Made by a program: the position numbers and the translations under genes. A stretch of DNA of 64,000 bases. Source: Tolypothrix carrinoi HA7290-LM1. GTDB lineage: Bacteria; Cyanobacteriota; Cyanobacteriia; Cyanobacteriales; Nostocaceae. Positions 20,801-31,500 of the stretch are shown one piece after another. Position 1 is the stretch's first letter, and each line of letters opens with the position of its first letter. The notes beneath the pieces are model-generated. The model did not search any database. It saw only the letters and a program-made list of their open reading frames with translations, and had not been told where the DNA came from. The stretch is taken from positions 1 to 64,000 of the forward strand of contig JAHHIK010000026.1 of the NCBI GenBank assembly GCA_019358935.1, read 5' to 3'.

Positions 20801-23305
20801 ATCAGCTACGGGATGCTTCTTTGCGAAATTTTCGGAGACATAAATTCCGGCTATAGGTTTGGCAAACTTGCTCTTTTGCTATCAGATAGATTAAATATCA
20901 AAGCATTGAAAGCTAAGGTAATTGCTATGTTTGCTAGCTTTATGCATCATTTGCAAGAGCATTTAAGCTTGAATTTATCCCGTTGTGTTGAAGTCTATAA
21001 GAGCGCACATGAAGCCGGAGATTTAGAATTTGCTGGCTATTCTATCTGTCAATATGGTTTCCATTTATTATGGGCTGGTAAGGAACTTGAGATGGTAGAA
21101 AAAGAAATGGCTACCTATAATCAGGTACTCAGTTCCATTAAACTACAGGCAGCCCAAACTTACCACAAAATTCATTGGCAAACAGTTCTTAACTTGCTCT
21201 TAAAGGCGGAGAATCACTTTTGTTTAATTGGTACTGCCTACAATGAAAAATTCATGATTCCCGTACATCAAAGTGCCAACGATTTTGTTGCGCTTGGCTT
21301 TCTTTATATTTGTAAGCTAACACTAGCTTATCTGTTTTGCGAATATCAAGAAGCCGAGAAAAATCTAGAATTTGCAAATAAATATTTTACTGCTGTGAAG
21401 GGATTTATCTGTATCCCTATATTTCATTTGTATGATTCTCTAACTAGATTGGCAGTTTTCAATAATGTTTCCCATTCTCAGCAAAATAGCGCCCTTAGCA
21501 AAGTACAATTCAATCAAGATAAATTGAAAAAATGGGCGGATCGTGCCCCGATGAACTACTTACATAAATATTATTTAGTTGAGGCAGAACGACATCGGGT
21601 TTTAGGTGAATATGTTCAAGCGATGGAAATGTACGATCGCGCAATTTCCCTCGCTCGCATGAATGAATACGTCAACGAAGAAGCTTTAGCCAACGAACTC
21701 ACTGCTAAATTCTACCTAGAATGGGGCAAAGAGAAAATCGCCCAAGTCTATCTTATCGATGCCTACTATGCTTATGCTCGTTGGGGAGCAAAAGCCAAAA
21801 TTAACGACTTAGAAAAACGCTATCCACAATTTCTCTCCCCCATTCTCAATCGAGAAAAAATCAGCCGCAAGGACGATGCAAGTATTTGCAAACTAACAAC
21901 TGGAACCGTCACTGCTAGCAGCACAAGTGGTTCATCTCTTTTAGATATGGCAACAGTGATGAAAGCATATCAAGCTCTTTCTAGCGAAATTGAACTTGAT
22001 AAGTTAATCTTCACTTTGATGCAAGTAGTAATTGAAAATTCTGGAGCCGAAAGAGGTGCTTTGCTCAGATTGCAATCGGATAATTTAGTTGTGGAAGCCA
22101 CCGGAAATATCGACCGGGAAAAAATTGTTATTACTGATAATCATCAGATTCCTCACACCGTTATCAACTATGTACAACGCACTCAGCAAACTATAGTTAT
22201 CAACGATATTGCAGTTGAAACAAAATTTGCTAATGACCCTTACATAATCGAGCATCAACCCAAGAGTGTTTTGTGTACTCCCATCCTGAATCAAGGCAAA
22301 CTAATCAGCATTCTCTATTTAGAGAATAATTTGACGAAGAAAGCATTTACAAGCGATCGCATTCAAATTATCAACTTACTTTGCTCCCAAGCTGCTATCT
22401 GTTTAGAAAATGCTCGTCTTTATCAGCAGTCTCAAGAATCCCTGGAAAATCTGAAGCAAATGCAACTTCAACTAGTGCAAAGTGAGAAAATGTCTGCTTT
22501 GGGTAACTTAGTTGCAGGTGTAGCACACGAAATCAATAACCCGATTGGCTTCATATCGGGTAACTTGCAACCTGCTGTTGATTACGTGCAGGATTTGTTT
22601 AACTTGATTGACCTTTATCAAGAGCATTATCCCACCCCTGTAGCTGCAATTGAGTCAGAAATCGAAATTATTGACCTAGAATATCTGCGCTCAGATTTAC
22701 CCAAACTCCTAACTACAATGAAAGAGGGAGTTAAGCGTATTCGTCATATCAGCGCTAGCTTGCGAACCTTTTCTCGTGCTGATAGCGATCGCCCAGTTTC
22801 TTGTAATATCCATGATGGCATCGACAGCACTATTTTGATTCTCAAACATCGCATAAAAGCTAACGAAACTCGTCCCGCGATTGAAGTAGTAACAAATTAT
22901 GGTAATTTGCCTTCAATAGAATGCTACCCCGGACAACTCAATCAGGTATTTATGAATTTGTTAGCTAATGCTATTGATGCTTTAGAAGAGTTTAATATCG
23001 GGCGTAGTTTTAGTGAAATTAAAGCAAATCCCAATCAAATTACAATTAAAACCAGTTTAAATCAAGATAAAAATCATGTCTTGATTTTTATTAAAGATAA
23101 TGGTTTGGGAATGTCAGATGAAGTCAAGCAAAAAGTTTTTGACCATTTATTTACTACGAAACCTGTAGGACAAGGGACAGGATTAGGGTTAGCGATCGCA
23201 AAGTCTATCGTTGTCGAAAAACACGGTGGAACCTTAGAGGTAAAGTCATCACCGAAAGAAGGTGCCGAGTTTGCAATTACAATTCCCATACAGGATAAGA
23301 ATTGA
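17861..23305 (+). CDS. Second Ser/Thr kinase - AAA ATPase - GAF - histidine kinase sensor
   Basis: Same architecture and motifs as 8367-13979. ATG at 17861 preferred over TTG at 17825. Confidence 0.93.
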   Translation: MTNINISLPGYRIQGEFIYSGNRTLVYRGLRECDRQPVIIKLLNSEYPSFSELVQFRNQYTIAKNLNIPGIVKAYNLETYRNSYALVMEDFGGISLKEWKVGKSDSLSEFLHIAIQIVSALEGLHRDRIIHKDIKPANILINTSTGEVKLIDFSIASLLPREFPEIQNPNILEGTLAYLSPEQTGRMNRGIDYRSDFYSLGVTFFELLTGQLPFTSNDPMELVHFHIAKLAPLVEDLNASIPHILSLIVNKLMAKNAEDRYQSAFGLKYDLQVCLKQCQETGNIANFELGMRDVCDRFVIPEKLYGRDKEVATLLAAFDRVCRGEITPPGENFAEISNHATCFNGGSQIELMLIAGSSGIGKTVVVNEVHKPIVKQRGYFIKGKFDQFQRNIPFFGFVQAFQDLIEQLLGENNTQIAAWKTKILTALGENSQVIIDVIPELERIIGKQSTVPELSASAAQNRFNLLFQKFIQVFTTPEHPLVIFLDDLQWADLASFKLIQLLMSQAEKGYLLLIGAYRDNEVTATHRLMLTLDEISTTQAIINTITLTPLQPSDLNHLIADTFKCSSELTQPLTELVYQKTKGNPFFSNQFLKLLHEDRIINFNFDEGYWQCDIAQVKTLAFNDDVVEFMALQLQKLPNSTQEILKLAACIGNQFDLATLASVSEKSQVEAATDLWKALQEGLVFPTSKVYKFFQDDNQDTKLPITNDQLANYKFLHDRVQQAAYLLIPSDCKQETHLKIGQLLLKNTLEAEREERIFEIVNQLNYAVEIITVQSEKDELAKLNLIAGLKAKASTANAAAVEYLILGIKLLSVNSWETNYDLSLALHETAAEAAFLSGDFEQMKQLSQVVLQQAKNLLDKVKVYEIQIVACIVQSQQLEAIQIGLSILKLLGIELPDKPLESDFTQALEEVTTSLQGKEIEELIELPPMIELNCKAALRLLSSMYPAAQQAVPELMLLITFKMVYLSVKYGNAPESSFAYISYGMLLCEIFGDINSGYRFGKLALLLSDRLNIKALKAKVIAMFASFMHHLQEHLSLNLSRCVEVYKSAHEAGDLEFAGYSICQYGFHLLWAGKELEMVEKEMATYNQVLSSIKLQAAQTYHKIHWQTVLNLLLKAENHFCLIGTAYNEKFMIPVHQSANDFVALGFLYICKLTLAYLFCEYQEAEKNLEFANKYFTAVKGFICIPIFHLYDSLTRLAVFNNVSHSQQNSALSKVQFNQDKLKKWADRAPMNYLHKYYLVEAERHRVLGEYVQAMEMYDRAISLARMNEYVNEEALANELTAKFYLEWGKEKIAQVYLIDAYYAYARWGAKAKINDLEKRYPQFLSPILNREKISRKDDASICKLTTGTVTASSTSGSSLLDMATVMKAYQALSSEIELDKLIFTLMQVVIENSGAERGALLRLQSDNLVVEATGNIDREKIVITDNHQIPHTVINYVQRTQQTIVINDIAVETKFANDPYIIEHQPKSVLCTPILNQGKLISILYLENNLTKKAFTSDRIQIINLLCSQAAICLENARLYQQSQESLENLKQMQLQLVQSEKMSALGNLVAGVAHEINNPIGFISGNLQPAVDYVQDLFNLIDLYQEHYPTPVAAIESEIEIIDLEYLRSDLPKLLTTMKEGVKRIRHISASLRTFSRADSDRPVSCNIHDGIDSTILILKHRIKANETRPAIEVVTNYGNLPSIECYPGQLNQVFMNLLANAIDALEEFNIGRSFSEIKANPNQITIKTSLNQDKNHVLIFIKDNGLGMSDEVKQKVFDHLFTTKPVGQGTGLGLAIAKSIVVEKHGGTLEVKSSPKEGAEFAITIPIQDKN

Positions 23306-23362
23306 GAATTGGGAATTGGTAATGGGTAATGGGTAATTGGTAATTGGTAATGGGGAATTGGG
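23299..23362. repeat. Heptamer array (GGTAATT/GGGAATT)
   Basis: Fills the whole gap between the kinase stop and the four-helix-bundle start. Confidence 0.9.
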
Positions 23363-23728
23363 ATGACAAGACCAGATTTTGAAAAATTGGAAGTTTATAG
23401 ATTAGCTGAGAAACTTGCCAATCAAATTTGGCATATAGTTCAACAATGGGACTACTTTGCTAAAGATACTATTGGCAAGCAAATTGTCCGCGCTGCTGAT
23501 AGCGTCTGTGCCAACATAGCAGAGGGGCGAGGACGTTATAATTATCAAGATAATCGGCGTTTTCTAAAAATTGCCAGAGGTTCTTTGTATGAAACAATCA
23601 ACTGGCTGAGACTAGCTTACGCTCGCAAGTTATTGACCGATGAACAGGTAAGCAAGTTTAAACCAATCCTTGACGAACTACCACCTAAGTTAAACGCTTA
23701 CCTAAATTCTATAGGAAATAGGGAATAG
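23363..23728 (+). CDS. Four helix bundle protein (23S rRNA-IVP/S23-like family)
   Basis: FEKLEVY, QIVRAADSVCANIAEG and FLKIARGSLYET motifs. Confidence 0.9.
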   Translation: MTRPDFEKLEVYRLAEKLANQIWHIVQQWDYFAKDTIGKQIVRAADSVCANIAEGRGRYNYQDNRRFLKIARGSLYETINWLRLAYARKLLTDEQVSKFKPILDELPPKLNAYLNSIGNRE

Positions 23729-23950
23729 GGAATTGGGAATTGGGAATGGGGAATTGGTAATTGGGAATGGGGAATTGGTAATTGGGAATAGGGAATAGGG
23801 AATTGGTAATAGGGAATAGGGAATTGAGAATTGGTAATTGGTAATTGGTAATTGAGAATTGGTAATTGGTAATAGTGATGTGCGTTTTTTCCATTACCCA
23901 TTACCCATTACCCATTACCAATTCCCCATTACCCATTCCCCATTCCCCAT
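23712..23950. repeat. Heptamer array followed by an inverted array
   Basis: (GGGAATT/GGTAATT/GGGAATA)n then (ACCCATT/CCCCATT)n between convergent genes. Confidence 0.9.
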
Positions 23951-25513
23951 TTACAACTTTTCTGGCTGCTCGGAATTAACAGCACTTACCTGAGCTTTAA
24001 CAACCATTCCTGGTTGCAAAAATGGAGTATTAGCAACGGAATTGTTAGCCAAGGTAAACAAGGGATTTGACAAAATACCCGCGATAGAAGTCGCGATTAA
24101 AGTTACTATCAAACCTACTTGCAAAGGTCTAAATCCAGGCAAATTCCAACGCACTTCGGGATAATTCTTCACCGCGTCGGACATTTCTTGAGGTTCTTTG
24201 ACTACCATCATTTTGACTACGCGAATGTAGTAGTAGATGGAAACAACGCTGGTAACTAAACCTAGCAAGACTAGCCAATAAAGCCCAGCTTGCCAACCAG
24301 CCCAGAAGATGTAAATTTTGCCAAAGAATCCCGCTAGCGGTGGAATCCCACCCAAGGAAAGCAAGGAAATACTTAATCCCAAAGTCAGCAGTGCATCTTT
24401 TTGATACAAGCCTGAGTATTCGGCGATCTGGTCGGTTCCCGTCCGCAGCGAGAAGAGAATCACGCAAGTAAAGCCGCACAAGTTCATAAACAGGTAAACC
24501 AGCATGTAAAAAATCATACTGGAATATCCCGCTTGCGTGCCAGAAATCAAGCCAATCATCACAAACCCAGCTTGGGCAATAGATGAATAAGCTAGCATCC
24601 GTTTCATGCTGGTTTGGGCAAGGGCAACTACGTTACCCAAAATCATACTCAGAACTGCGAGGGCAATGAAGACGAATCTCCACTCGTTCACAGCTAGGGG
24701 GAAGACTGTTGTTAGCAAGCGGATGGCTAAGGCAAATCCGGCGGCTTTGGAACCGACAGATAAAAAGGCAATCACAGGTGTGGGAGCGCCTTCGTAAACG
24801 TCTGGTGTCCACTGGTGGAAGGGCGCGGCGGAGATTTTGAAGCCAATACCTGCGATCGCGAAAACCAGCGAAATCACCAAACCTAAAGATTGACCAAGGT
24901 TTGCTGTGGCAATACCCGACGCGATCGCATTAAATTCTGTTTGTCCGCCCGATAACCCATACAGCAGCGAAACACCATACAAAAATACTGCTGTACTTGA
25001 GGCACCAATCAACAGGTATTTTAGCGCCGCTTCATTAGAGCGAGTGTCACGCTTGGTATAACCTGTGAGCAAATAAGAGGAGATACTCAGGGTTTCTAAG
25101 GAGATGAAAGTCATCACCAACTCATTTGCCCCAGAGAGAAACATCCCTCCTAGGGTAGCTGTGAGCAAAATAGCGATGAATTCTGCTAAAGCGGTGCCAC
25201 TCTGCTCAACGTAGCGAATAGACATCAGAATGGTAACGATCGCAGACAAAGCAATGATCCCGCGAAAGACGATGCTCAGATCGTCGCCGTTAAAGCCACC
25301 GCTAAACGAGATGGGATTGACATTATCCCATTGAAAATAGAGGGCGACGATGGAGCTAAATAAACCTGCGATCGCCAGATATCCAATCCAGCGTGCGGAT
25401 GTACGCCCCAAAATCAAATCAACAATCAAAACCGTCATCAGGGTGATAATCACAATCCCCTCTGGCAGTATTGTTCCAGCGTTTAACGCTGATGCAAGAT
25501 TAGCAAAATCCAT
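23951..25513 (-). CDS. ndhB: NAD(P)H-quinone oxidoreductase subunit 2
   Basis: [33 protein letters not shown] and [11 protein letters not shown] motifs. Confidence 0.97.
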   Translation of the reverse strand: MDFANLASALNAGTILPEGIVIITLMTVLIVDLILGRTSARWIGYLAIAGLFSSIVALYFQWDNVNPISFSGGFNGDDLSIVFRGIIALSAIVTILMSIRYVEQSGTALAEFIAILLTATLGGMFLSGANELVMTFISLETLSISSYLLTGYTKRDTRSNEAALKYLLIGASSTAVFLYGVSLLYGLSGGQTEFNAIASGIATANLGQSLGLVISLVFAIAGIGFKISAAPFHQWTPDVYEGAPTPVIAFLSVGSKAAGFALAIRLLTTVFPLAVNEWRFVFIALAVLSMILGNVVALAQTSMKRMLAYSSIAQAGFVMIGLISGTQAGYSSMIFYMLVYLFMNLCGFTCVILFSLRTGTDQIAEYSGLYQKDALLTLGLSISLLSLGGIPPLAGFFGKIYIFWAGWQAGLYWLVLLGLVTSVVSIYYYIRVVKMMVVKEPQEMSDAVKNYPEVRWNLPGFRPLQVGLIVTLIATSIAGILSNPLFTLANNSVANTPFLQPGMVVKAQVSAVNSEQPEKL

Positions 25514-25689
25514 GATATGTATAGGTTTTGGCGATTAGACATTCAGGCTAACTCTGTTCACTCTAGCAATTTTCGCGCCTGAAGTTGCATAAAAAATAGT
25601 AGCTTGTCGTTACTACATACCACTATTGTGCTGTCTAATTAAATTATGTTGAAATTTACCTTTGGTAATTCAAAAATAAAAATAACAAT

Positions 25690-25718
25690 AAGCAGTTCAG
25701 TTATCTGCTGAACTGCTT
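25690..25718. terminator. Hairpin downstream of the RRM gene (probable terminator)
   Basis: AAGCAGTTCAG-N7-CTGAACTGCTT flanked by A/T-rich tracts. Confidence 0.5.
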
Positions 25719-25801
25719 GTTTTAGACTAAATTAGGCTTGACAAAAGCATCTAAATGCTTTCAGCAATATTTGCTACGTTTGCTCTTATTGACTTGAAGA
25801 C

Positions 25802-26101
25802 TTAATAGCGTCTGTTGCCTCTGTCGTAATTGCCACCGCCGCCACGAGAACTTTTCTCCTCGCGTGGTCTTGCTTTGTTAACTTTCATTGCGCGCCCCAT
25901 CCATTCTGCACCATCCAAAGCTGCGATCGCAGCGTCTTCTGCCGCTGATGATTCCATTTCTACGAAACCAAAGCCGCGTGCGCGACCTGTTTCTCTATCT
26001 GTGGGTAATTGAACCCGGCTAACGGTGCCGTATTCTGAAAATACTTTACTGAGGTCGTCTTCTGTGACGCTGTAGGACAGGTTCCCTACGTAAATTGACA
26101 T
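25802..26101 (-). CDS. RRM RNA-binding protein with short Gly-rich tail (Rbp family)
   Basis: RNP2 IYVGNL, RNP1 RGFGFVEM, Gly-rich C-terminus. Start MSIY. Confidence 0.95.
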   Translation of the reverse strand: MSIYVGNLSYSVTEDDLSKVFSEYGTVSRVQLPTDRETGRARGFGFVEMESSAAEDAAIAALDGAEWMGRAMKVNKARPREEKSSRGGGGNYDRGNRRY

Positions 26102-26325
26102 GAAATTCTCCAAAATCCATTGATGCAGATATGTTCATTCGGAGAGGCGCCTGCAATTATTACTAAAAACAAGATCCGTATCGCCGAACTCACTTCATTT
26201 CGATTTTATCCTAACATAAGTTCTTTACAAGAAAGGGTATATCTGCCCATTTATGTTAATTTTTAGTAAAATGTATTACACGTCACTAAATTTATAATTT
26301 TTTTATATTATTCACTCGCTCAAAA

Positions 26326-27335
26326 TCACGTTTGCTGTTGAAATTCCTCTGGATCGATTCCCCAATTTACCCAACAAATCGCTTCACGGGCTGATTGTGT
26401 ATCAGGTGGAACACGCAAAGCATGAATAAATCCCGTAAAGAGTGCAAGTCATTTTTAATAAATAAATTGGCTCGTTGTCAACATCGGCATTGATTTTTAA
26501 TAAAGTGTATTCACCCCAAGCATCTAATTCTATTGCTTGTAACTCCCTGGCTATTCGGTCATAACCAATACCTTGAATTAGCACTCGGCGCAGTTCGGCA
26601 TTATTTTCTGATAAAAGCCATTGAGATTCCCAGGAGTGTGGGTGGATTTTACCATATTTTTCCGGTAAAGTTACACCGTGATGAGAGTAGAGAGCATAAC
26701 CATCGGCAAATTCTATTGCGGGTTTACATAAGTGCATGAAGGCGATTTTGGTTGTCGAAGAGAAGATGAAGAGGGCGATCGCATACAATACAAGTCTTTT
26801 TATAAAATAAAATCCAGCCACAAAATTTAGCTAGAGATTGATAAATAAGCCATTCTCTTTGATTATGATTACAATGCAAAACAGAAATACAGAAGTCAAA
26901 AGTACTACCATAACAAGCTAACAATTCCGGCTTTAAACAATTAAGAACCAATTCCGTATCAAACTCTTTGTCCAGTTGCCTGTCCAATTGGCTTGCGATA
27001 AAATTTAATTGAGTTTCTAACTGACTGCTTGTTTGATTTAGCAATTTTGTCAAAAGTTTGGCATCTACCTGATTATTTATTTGGGTATGGATATCTACCC
27101 ATAATTCTGTACAAAGTTGCTCCCTTATTTGATGATAAGGATGATTTAAGGCAGCGTAAGGACTATCACAACAAATAATTTTTGGTTCATCTAAGCCAAT
27201 ATAAGTATAAGCATCGTTCAATGCTTCCGCAGCTTTATGTCTGTCAATTCGCTTACTTGAAAGTGCAATCTTACGCCATTTATCGCAATAAACTGGAATT
27301 AAAGCTTCTTGTTCCGACGTAAGTTTCTCAATCAT
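26326..27335 (-). pseudogene. DUF6745-type protein with two +1 frameshifts
   Basis: MIEKLTSEQEALIPVY..KW...NRLHA, shift near 26725 to PAIEFADGY...NAELRRVLI...LLKMTC, second shift near 26440 to TGFIHALRVPP...EAICWVNWGIDPEEFQQQT* (TGA at 26326). Confidence 0.75.
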
Positions 27336-27415
27336 TATTACTCTGAAAATACCTCTACTTTATTTTCTCCTTACCAGGTGGAACCTGGGAGCGAGGCTAA
27401 ACGACTAAAAATGTT

Positions 27416-27709
27416 TCAATCAGCCACATAACGCCAGCCTTCAGGCTCATATTCTCTTTGAATTCGCACCATCCAGTTACCTTGGGGAATCGAAATTGGC
27501 TTATGTTCCTCATGTGCCAGTAACGCCTTATCTGAAAACACACGCAGATAAAGGATGTCATCTTTTTGTGACAATTCCGCCTCACCTTCAGTAATGCGGT
27601 GTTTGTGTCCGGTGACTTCACCTTCCGCCAAAATCAAGTGAGGTATCTTTTGTCCTTCGACTTGCGGTACAGGCAGTAAAATAACATCACCTTGTCGAAT
27701 CGGTTGCAT
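27416..27709 (-). CDS. Conserved small His-rich hypothetical protein (DUF6745 neighbour)
   Basis: RQGDV, AEGEVTGHKH, HEEH, QREY and RYVAD motifs. GAGG RBS before MQPIR. Confidence 0.8.
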   Translation of the reverse strand: MQPIRQGDVILLPVPQVEGQKIPHLILAEGEVTGHKHRITEGEAELSQKDDILYLRVFSDKALLAHEEHKPISIPQGNWMVRIQREYEPEGWRYVAD

Positions 27710-27794
27710 AGATTTCCCTCTATAAATGTAGGTAAAATCCCACTTTGCTCTTGCTCTCAAATTTGATTTAATTTTGGCACAATCTCTGAGGAGT

Positions 27795-28058
27795 GGGGAA
27801 TGGGTAATGGGTAATGGGTAATGGGGAATGGGGAATGGGTAATGGGGAATGGGTAATGGGGAATGGGTAATGGGGAATGGGTAATGGGTAATGGGGAATG
27901 GGTAATGGGGAATGGGTAATGGGTAATAGAAAGAAAGAATTGTCCCCCTGTCCCCCTTGTCCCCCTTGTCCCCCTTGTCCCCCCCTCCCCCACTCCCCCT
28001 GTCCCCCTTGTCCCCCTTGTCCCCCCCTCCCCCACTCCCCCACTCCCCCTCCCCCCCT
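27795..28058. repeat. STRR-like tandem repeats
   Basis: (GGGTAAT/GGGGAAT)n and (CCCCCTTGT)n. Confidence 0.9.
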
Positions 28059-28325
28059 CAAGAACTCTCCTTTTCAAAACTGTAGTCGCCAATTATGCAA
28101 GATATAAGTTAATGATTGAGATAACACTAAATTTACACTTCTGCTTTCCCTAGCTATCCTCAAGAAAGGACTATCCTACGGGAAGGGCTACGCTAAGAAG
28201 AGCGAATTTGCAGGGATTTTATCTTGAACGGACAGTTTGTGTGAGGATTAAATCACATCCACATCAAGCTCAGTAATGTTAATTTGACTGTCTAGCTTTA
28301 CAGCTATTATTTTTTTGAAATTTCC

Positions 28326-31007
28326 ATGTCAACTCTCGTCATCGTCGAATCTCCAACCAAAGCTCGTACCATTCGCAATTACCTGCCGAAGGACTATCGA
28401 GTGGAAGCGTCTATGGGTCATGTACGTGACCTTCCCCAGTCGGCTACAGATATTCCCGCTACTGTCAAAGGGGAAAAATGGGCGCAACTGGGGGTAAATG
28501 TAGATGCCGACTTTGAACCGCTGTATATCGTCCCCAAAGACAAAAAGAAAATTGTCACCCAGCTCAAAGATGCCATGAAAGGCGTAACTGAACTGATTCT
28601 GGCAACGGACGAAGACCGGGAAGGTGAAAGCATAAGTTGGCATTTATATCAACTGCTCAAGCCGAAAATTCCGACCAAGCGGATGGTATTTCACGAAATT
28701 ACCTCAGACGCGATTAAAAAAGCGTTGAAAAACTGCCGCAATATTGACGATCGCTTGGTTCGCGCCCAAGAAACGCGGCGAATTTTAGATCGGCTGGTGG
28801 GTTATACGCTGTCGCCGTTGCTGTGGAAAAAAATCGCTTGGGGATTATCTGCGGGACGGGTGCAGTCGGTAGCAGTGCGGCTTTTGGTGAAACGGGAACG
28901 CCAACGCCGCGCTTTCCGTGAAGGTACATATTGGGATTTGAAGGCTTACTTGCAGCATCAAAAGGCTGCTTTCACCTCGCAGTTAGTGACGCTGGGAAAA
29001 ACCAAAGTAGCAACTGGTAGTGATTTTGATGCAGCGACAGGGCAAATTATTGCTGGGCGCAAAGTCGTGCTGCTTTCAGAACAAGAAGCTTCAGCGCTCA
29101 AAGAACGCCTGACAGGTAAACCCTGGAGTGTGACAGACATTGAGGAACGCCCGGTAACACGCAAACCCGCGCCACCGTTTACCACCTCGACGCTGCAACA
29201 AGAATCTAACCGGAAACTGCGCCTTTCTGCGCGGGATACAATGCGAATTGCTCAGAAGTTGTACGAGCAGGGGTATATTACCTACATGCGTACAGATTCG
29301 GTGCATTTGTCAGATCAAGCAATTTCAGCTGCCCGTGATTGTGTTGAAAAGCTTTACGGCAAATCATATCTCAGCCCCCAACCCAGGCAATACACCACCA
29401 AATCCAAAGGCGCACAAGAAGCACACGAAGCCATACGTCCGGCGGGTAGCAGCTTCCGCACGCCGCAAGAAACTGGCTTAGGCGGTCGAGAACTCGCACT
29501 GTATGACTTGATTTGGAAGCGCACCGTAGCCTGTCAAATGGCTGATTCTCGCCAAACTCAAATTACCGTACAGTTGCAAGTTGAGGATGCGGGTTTTCGT
29601 TCTTCTGGTAAGCGAATTGATTTTCCCGGTTTTTTACGCGCTTACGTTGAAGGTTCAGACGATCCCGATGCGGCGTTGGAAGACCAAGAAGTAATTTTAC
29701 CACCGATGAAAGTCGGAGATCATCCAAATTGTACGAACTTAGAGGCGATCGCTCACGAAACTCAACCACCAGCTAGATACACTGAAGCTACCTTGGTGAA
29801 AACTTTAGAAAGTGAAGGTATCGGTCGTCCCAGTACTTACGCCAGCATTATCGGCACAATTATTGATAAAGGTTACGCCCAATTGGTGAATAATGCTCTC
29901 ATACCCACATTCACCGCTTTTGCTGTCACCGACTTGCTAGAAAAACACTTTCCCGACATCGTAGATCCCAGCTTTACTTCCAAAATGGAGCAAACTTTAG
30001 ATGATATTGCTACCGGCGAAGCTAAATGGCTACCCTATCTGCGGGAATTTTATTTGGGAGACAAAGGTCTAGAAACGCTGGTTAGAGAACAAGACAGCCA
30101 AATTGATGCTACCAAAGCTAGAACGGTAGAACTAGAAAATCTCGATGCTAAAGTCCGCATTGGTAAATACGGTCCTTACATCGAAGTCGAAAATGGTAAC
30201 GGTGTTGTTACTGCTTCAATTCCCAAAGACCTCACCCCCGCTGACCTCGACCCGAAAAAGGTAGAAGTTCTACTGCGACAAAAAACTGAAGGTCCCGACC
30301 AAGTAGGGCGTCATCCAGAAACTGGCGAACCGATTTATGTGAAAATTGGCGCTTACGGTCCTTACGTTCAGTTGGGTGACAAGACGGAAGAAAACCCCAA
30401 ACCCAAACAAGCTTCTTTACCTAAAGGTGTTACTCCAGAAAATGTCACTCTGGAGATGGCTGTTGGTCTTTTAGCGCTACCCCGGACATTAGGAGTTCAT
30501 CCGGTTACAGGTGGCAAAATTCAAACAAGTTTAGGACGTTTTGGTCCTTATGTTGTTCATGACCAAGGTAAAGAAGGTAAAGATTATCGCTCTTTAAAAG
30601 CTAGCGATAATGTCTTAACAATTTCTTTAGAAAGGGCTTTGGAATTGTTATCTGAACCGAAAAAAGGACGCAGCAGCACTAATAGTAAATCTAAAGCTGC
30701 TTTACGCGAATTGGGCGCACATCCAGAAGACGGCGAACCAGTCAATATCTACGATGGTCCTTATGGACCTTACATCAAACACGCGAAAACAAACGTGAGT
30801 ATCCCCGAAGGTCAATCGGTAGAAAATGTAACGCTTTCCGCAGCATTGGAGTTGTTAGCAAGTAAAGCATCGTCGGCAAAATCCACACGTAAGACAACGA
30901 GTAAAACTACAACCAAAACCACGCCCAAATCAACCACTACTAAAGCTAAGTCAACGGCTAAGTCGTCTACCACAACTGCGAAAAAACAAGGGCGAAAGGG
31001 AGAATAG
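28326..31007 (+). CDS. topA: DNA topoisomerase I
   Basis: [34 protein letters not shown]-terminal repeats and Lys-rich tail. Confidence 0.97.
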   Translation: MSTLVIVESPTKARTIRNYLPKDYRVEASMGHVRDLPQSATDIPATVKGEKWAQLGVNVDADFEPLYIVPKDKKKIVTQLKDAMKGVTELILATDEDREGESISWHLYQLLKPKIPTKRMVFHEITSDAIKKALKNCRNIDDRLVRAQETRRILDRLVGYTLSPLLWKKIAWGLSAGRVQSVAVRLLVKRERQRRAFREGTYWDLKAYLQHQKAAFTSQLVTLGKTKVATGSDFDAATGQIIAGRKVVLLSEQEASALKERLTGKPWSVTDIEERPVTRKPAPPFTTSTLQQESNRKLRLSARDTMRIAQKLYEQGYITYMRTDSVHLSDQAISAARDCVEKLYGKSYLSPQPRQYTTKSKGAQEAHEAIRPAGSSFRTPQETGLGGRELALYDLIWKRTVACQMADSRQTQITVQLQVEDAGFRSSGKRIDFPGFLRAYVEGSDDPDAALEDQEVILPPMKVGDHPNCTNLEAIAHETQPPARYTEATLVKTLESEGIGRPSTYASIIGTIIDKGYAQLVNNALIPTFTAFAVTDLLEKHFPDIVDPSFTSKMEQTLDDIATGEAKWLPYLREFYLGDKGLETLVREQDSQIDATKARTVELENLDAKVRIGKYGPYIEVENGNGVVTASIPKDLTPADLDPKKVEVLLRQKTEGPDQVGRHPETGEPIYVKIGAYGPYVQLGDKTEENPKPKQASLPKGVTPENVTLEMAVGLLALPRTLGVHPVTGGKIQTSLGRFGPYVVHDQGKEGKDYRSLKASDNVLTISLERALELLSEPKKGRSSTNSKSKAALRELGAHPEDGEPVNIYDGPYGPYIKHAKTNVSIPEGQSVENVTLSAALELLASKASSAKSTRKTTSKTTTKTTPKSTTTKAKSTAKSSTTTAKKQGRKGE

Positions 31008-31352
31008 GGAACTTGGTAATTGGGAACGTGCGAATTGCGAATTGCGAATTGGTAATTGGACAAAACCATTACCCATTCCCCATTCCCCATTCCCCATTCC
31101 CCATTCCCCATTCCCCATTTTCTATTTGCTTGTGACACAATACCTTTCTTTGGTATGATGCAAGTCTATAGGTTGCTAATGTGATACTGTAGTAAGTATG
31201 GGAGATCGCAACACAAAATTTGACCAATGGCTTATGCCTACAATAAAGTGATGTGTATCAAGCCAGTTTCAAGCCAGAGGTGCGAAATAACGCTAGTTTC
31301 TGCTTAACTGTGAATCAATTATTAAGGTAGTATCTCAGGAGCGCTCAGTCAA

Positions 31353-31490
31353 ATGGACTATATAGATAACATACTGGAGAAGCTGAAAGAATTGGCACGC
31401 AAGCTGATTGAAGCCCTGCTAGGTCCAGAGGCTGAGGCAGAACCGGAACTAATTCCGATTCCTGTAAATGACCGATCGCGCCGTCGCTAA
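31353..31490 (+). CDS. Small hypothetical protein (45 aa)
   Basis: Not in the ORF track. [45 protein letters not shown], with AGGAG upstream. Amphipathic helix plus PIPV motif. Confidence 0.7.
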   Translation: MDYIDNILEKLKELARKLIEALLGPEAEAEPELIPIPVNDRSRRR

Positions 31491-31500
31491 AAGCTCAAAA

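Noticed and set aside
23363..23728. Diversity-generating retroelement (Avd-like gene)
   Set aside because: No reverse transcriptase or TR/VR pair seen in the window.
28329..29769. Antisense and alternate-frame ORFs inside topA and other long genes
   Set aside because: Shadow ORFs without motifs or RBS, fully overlapping well-supported genes.
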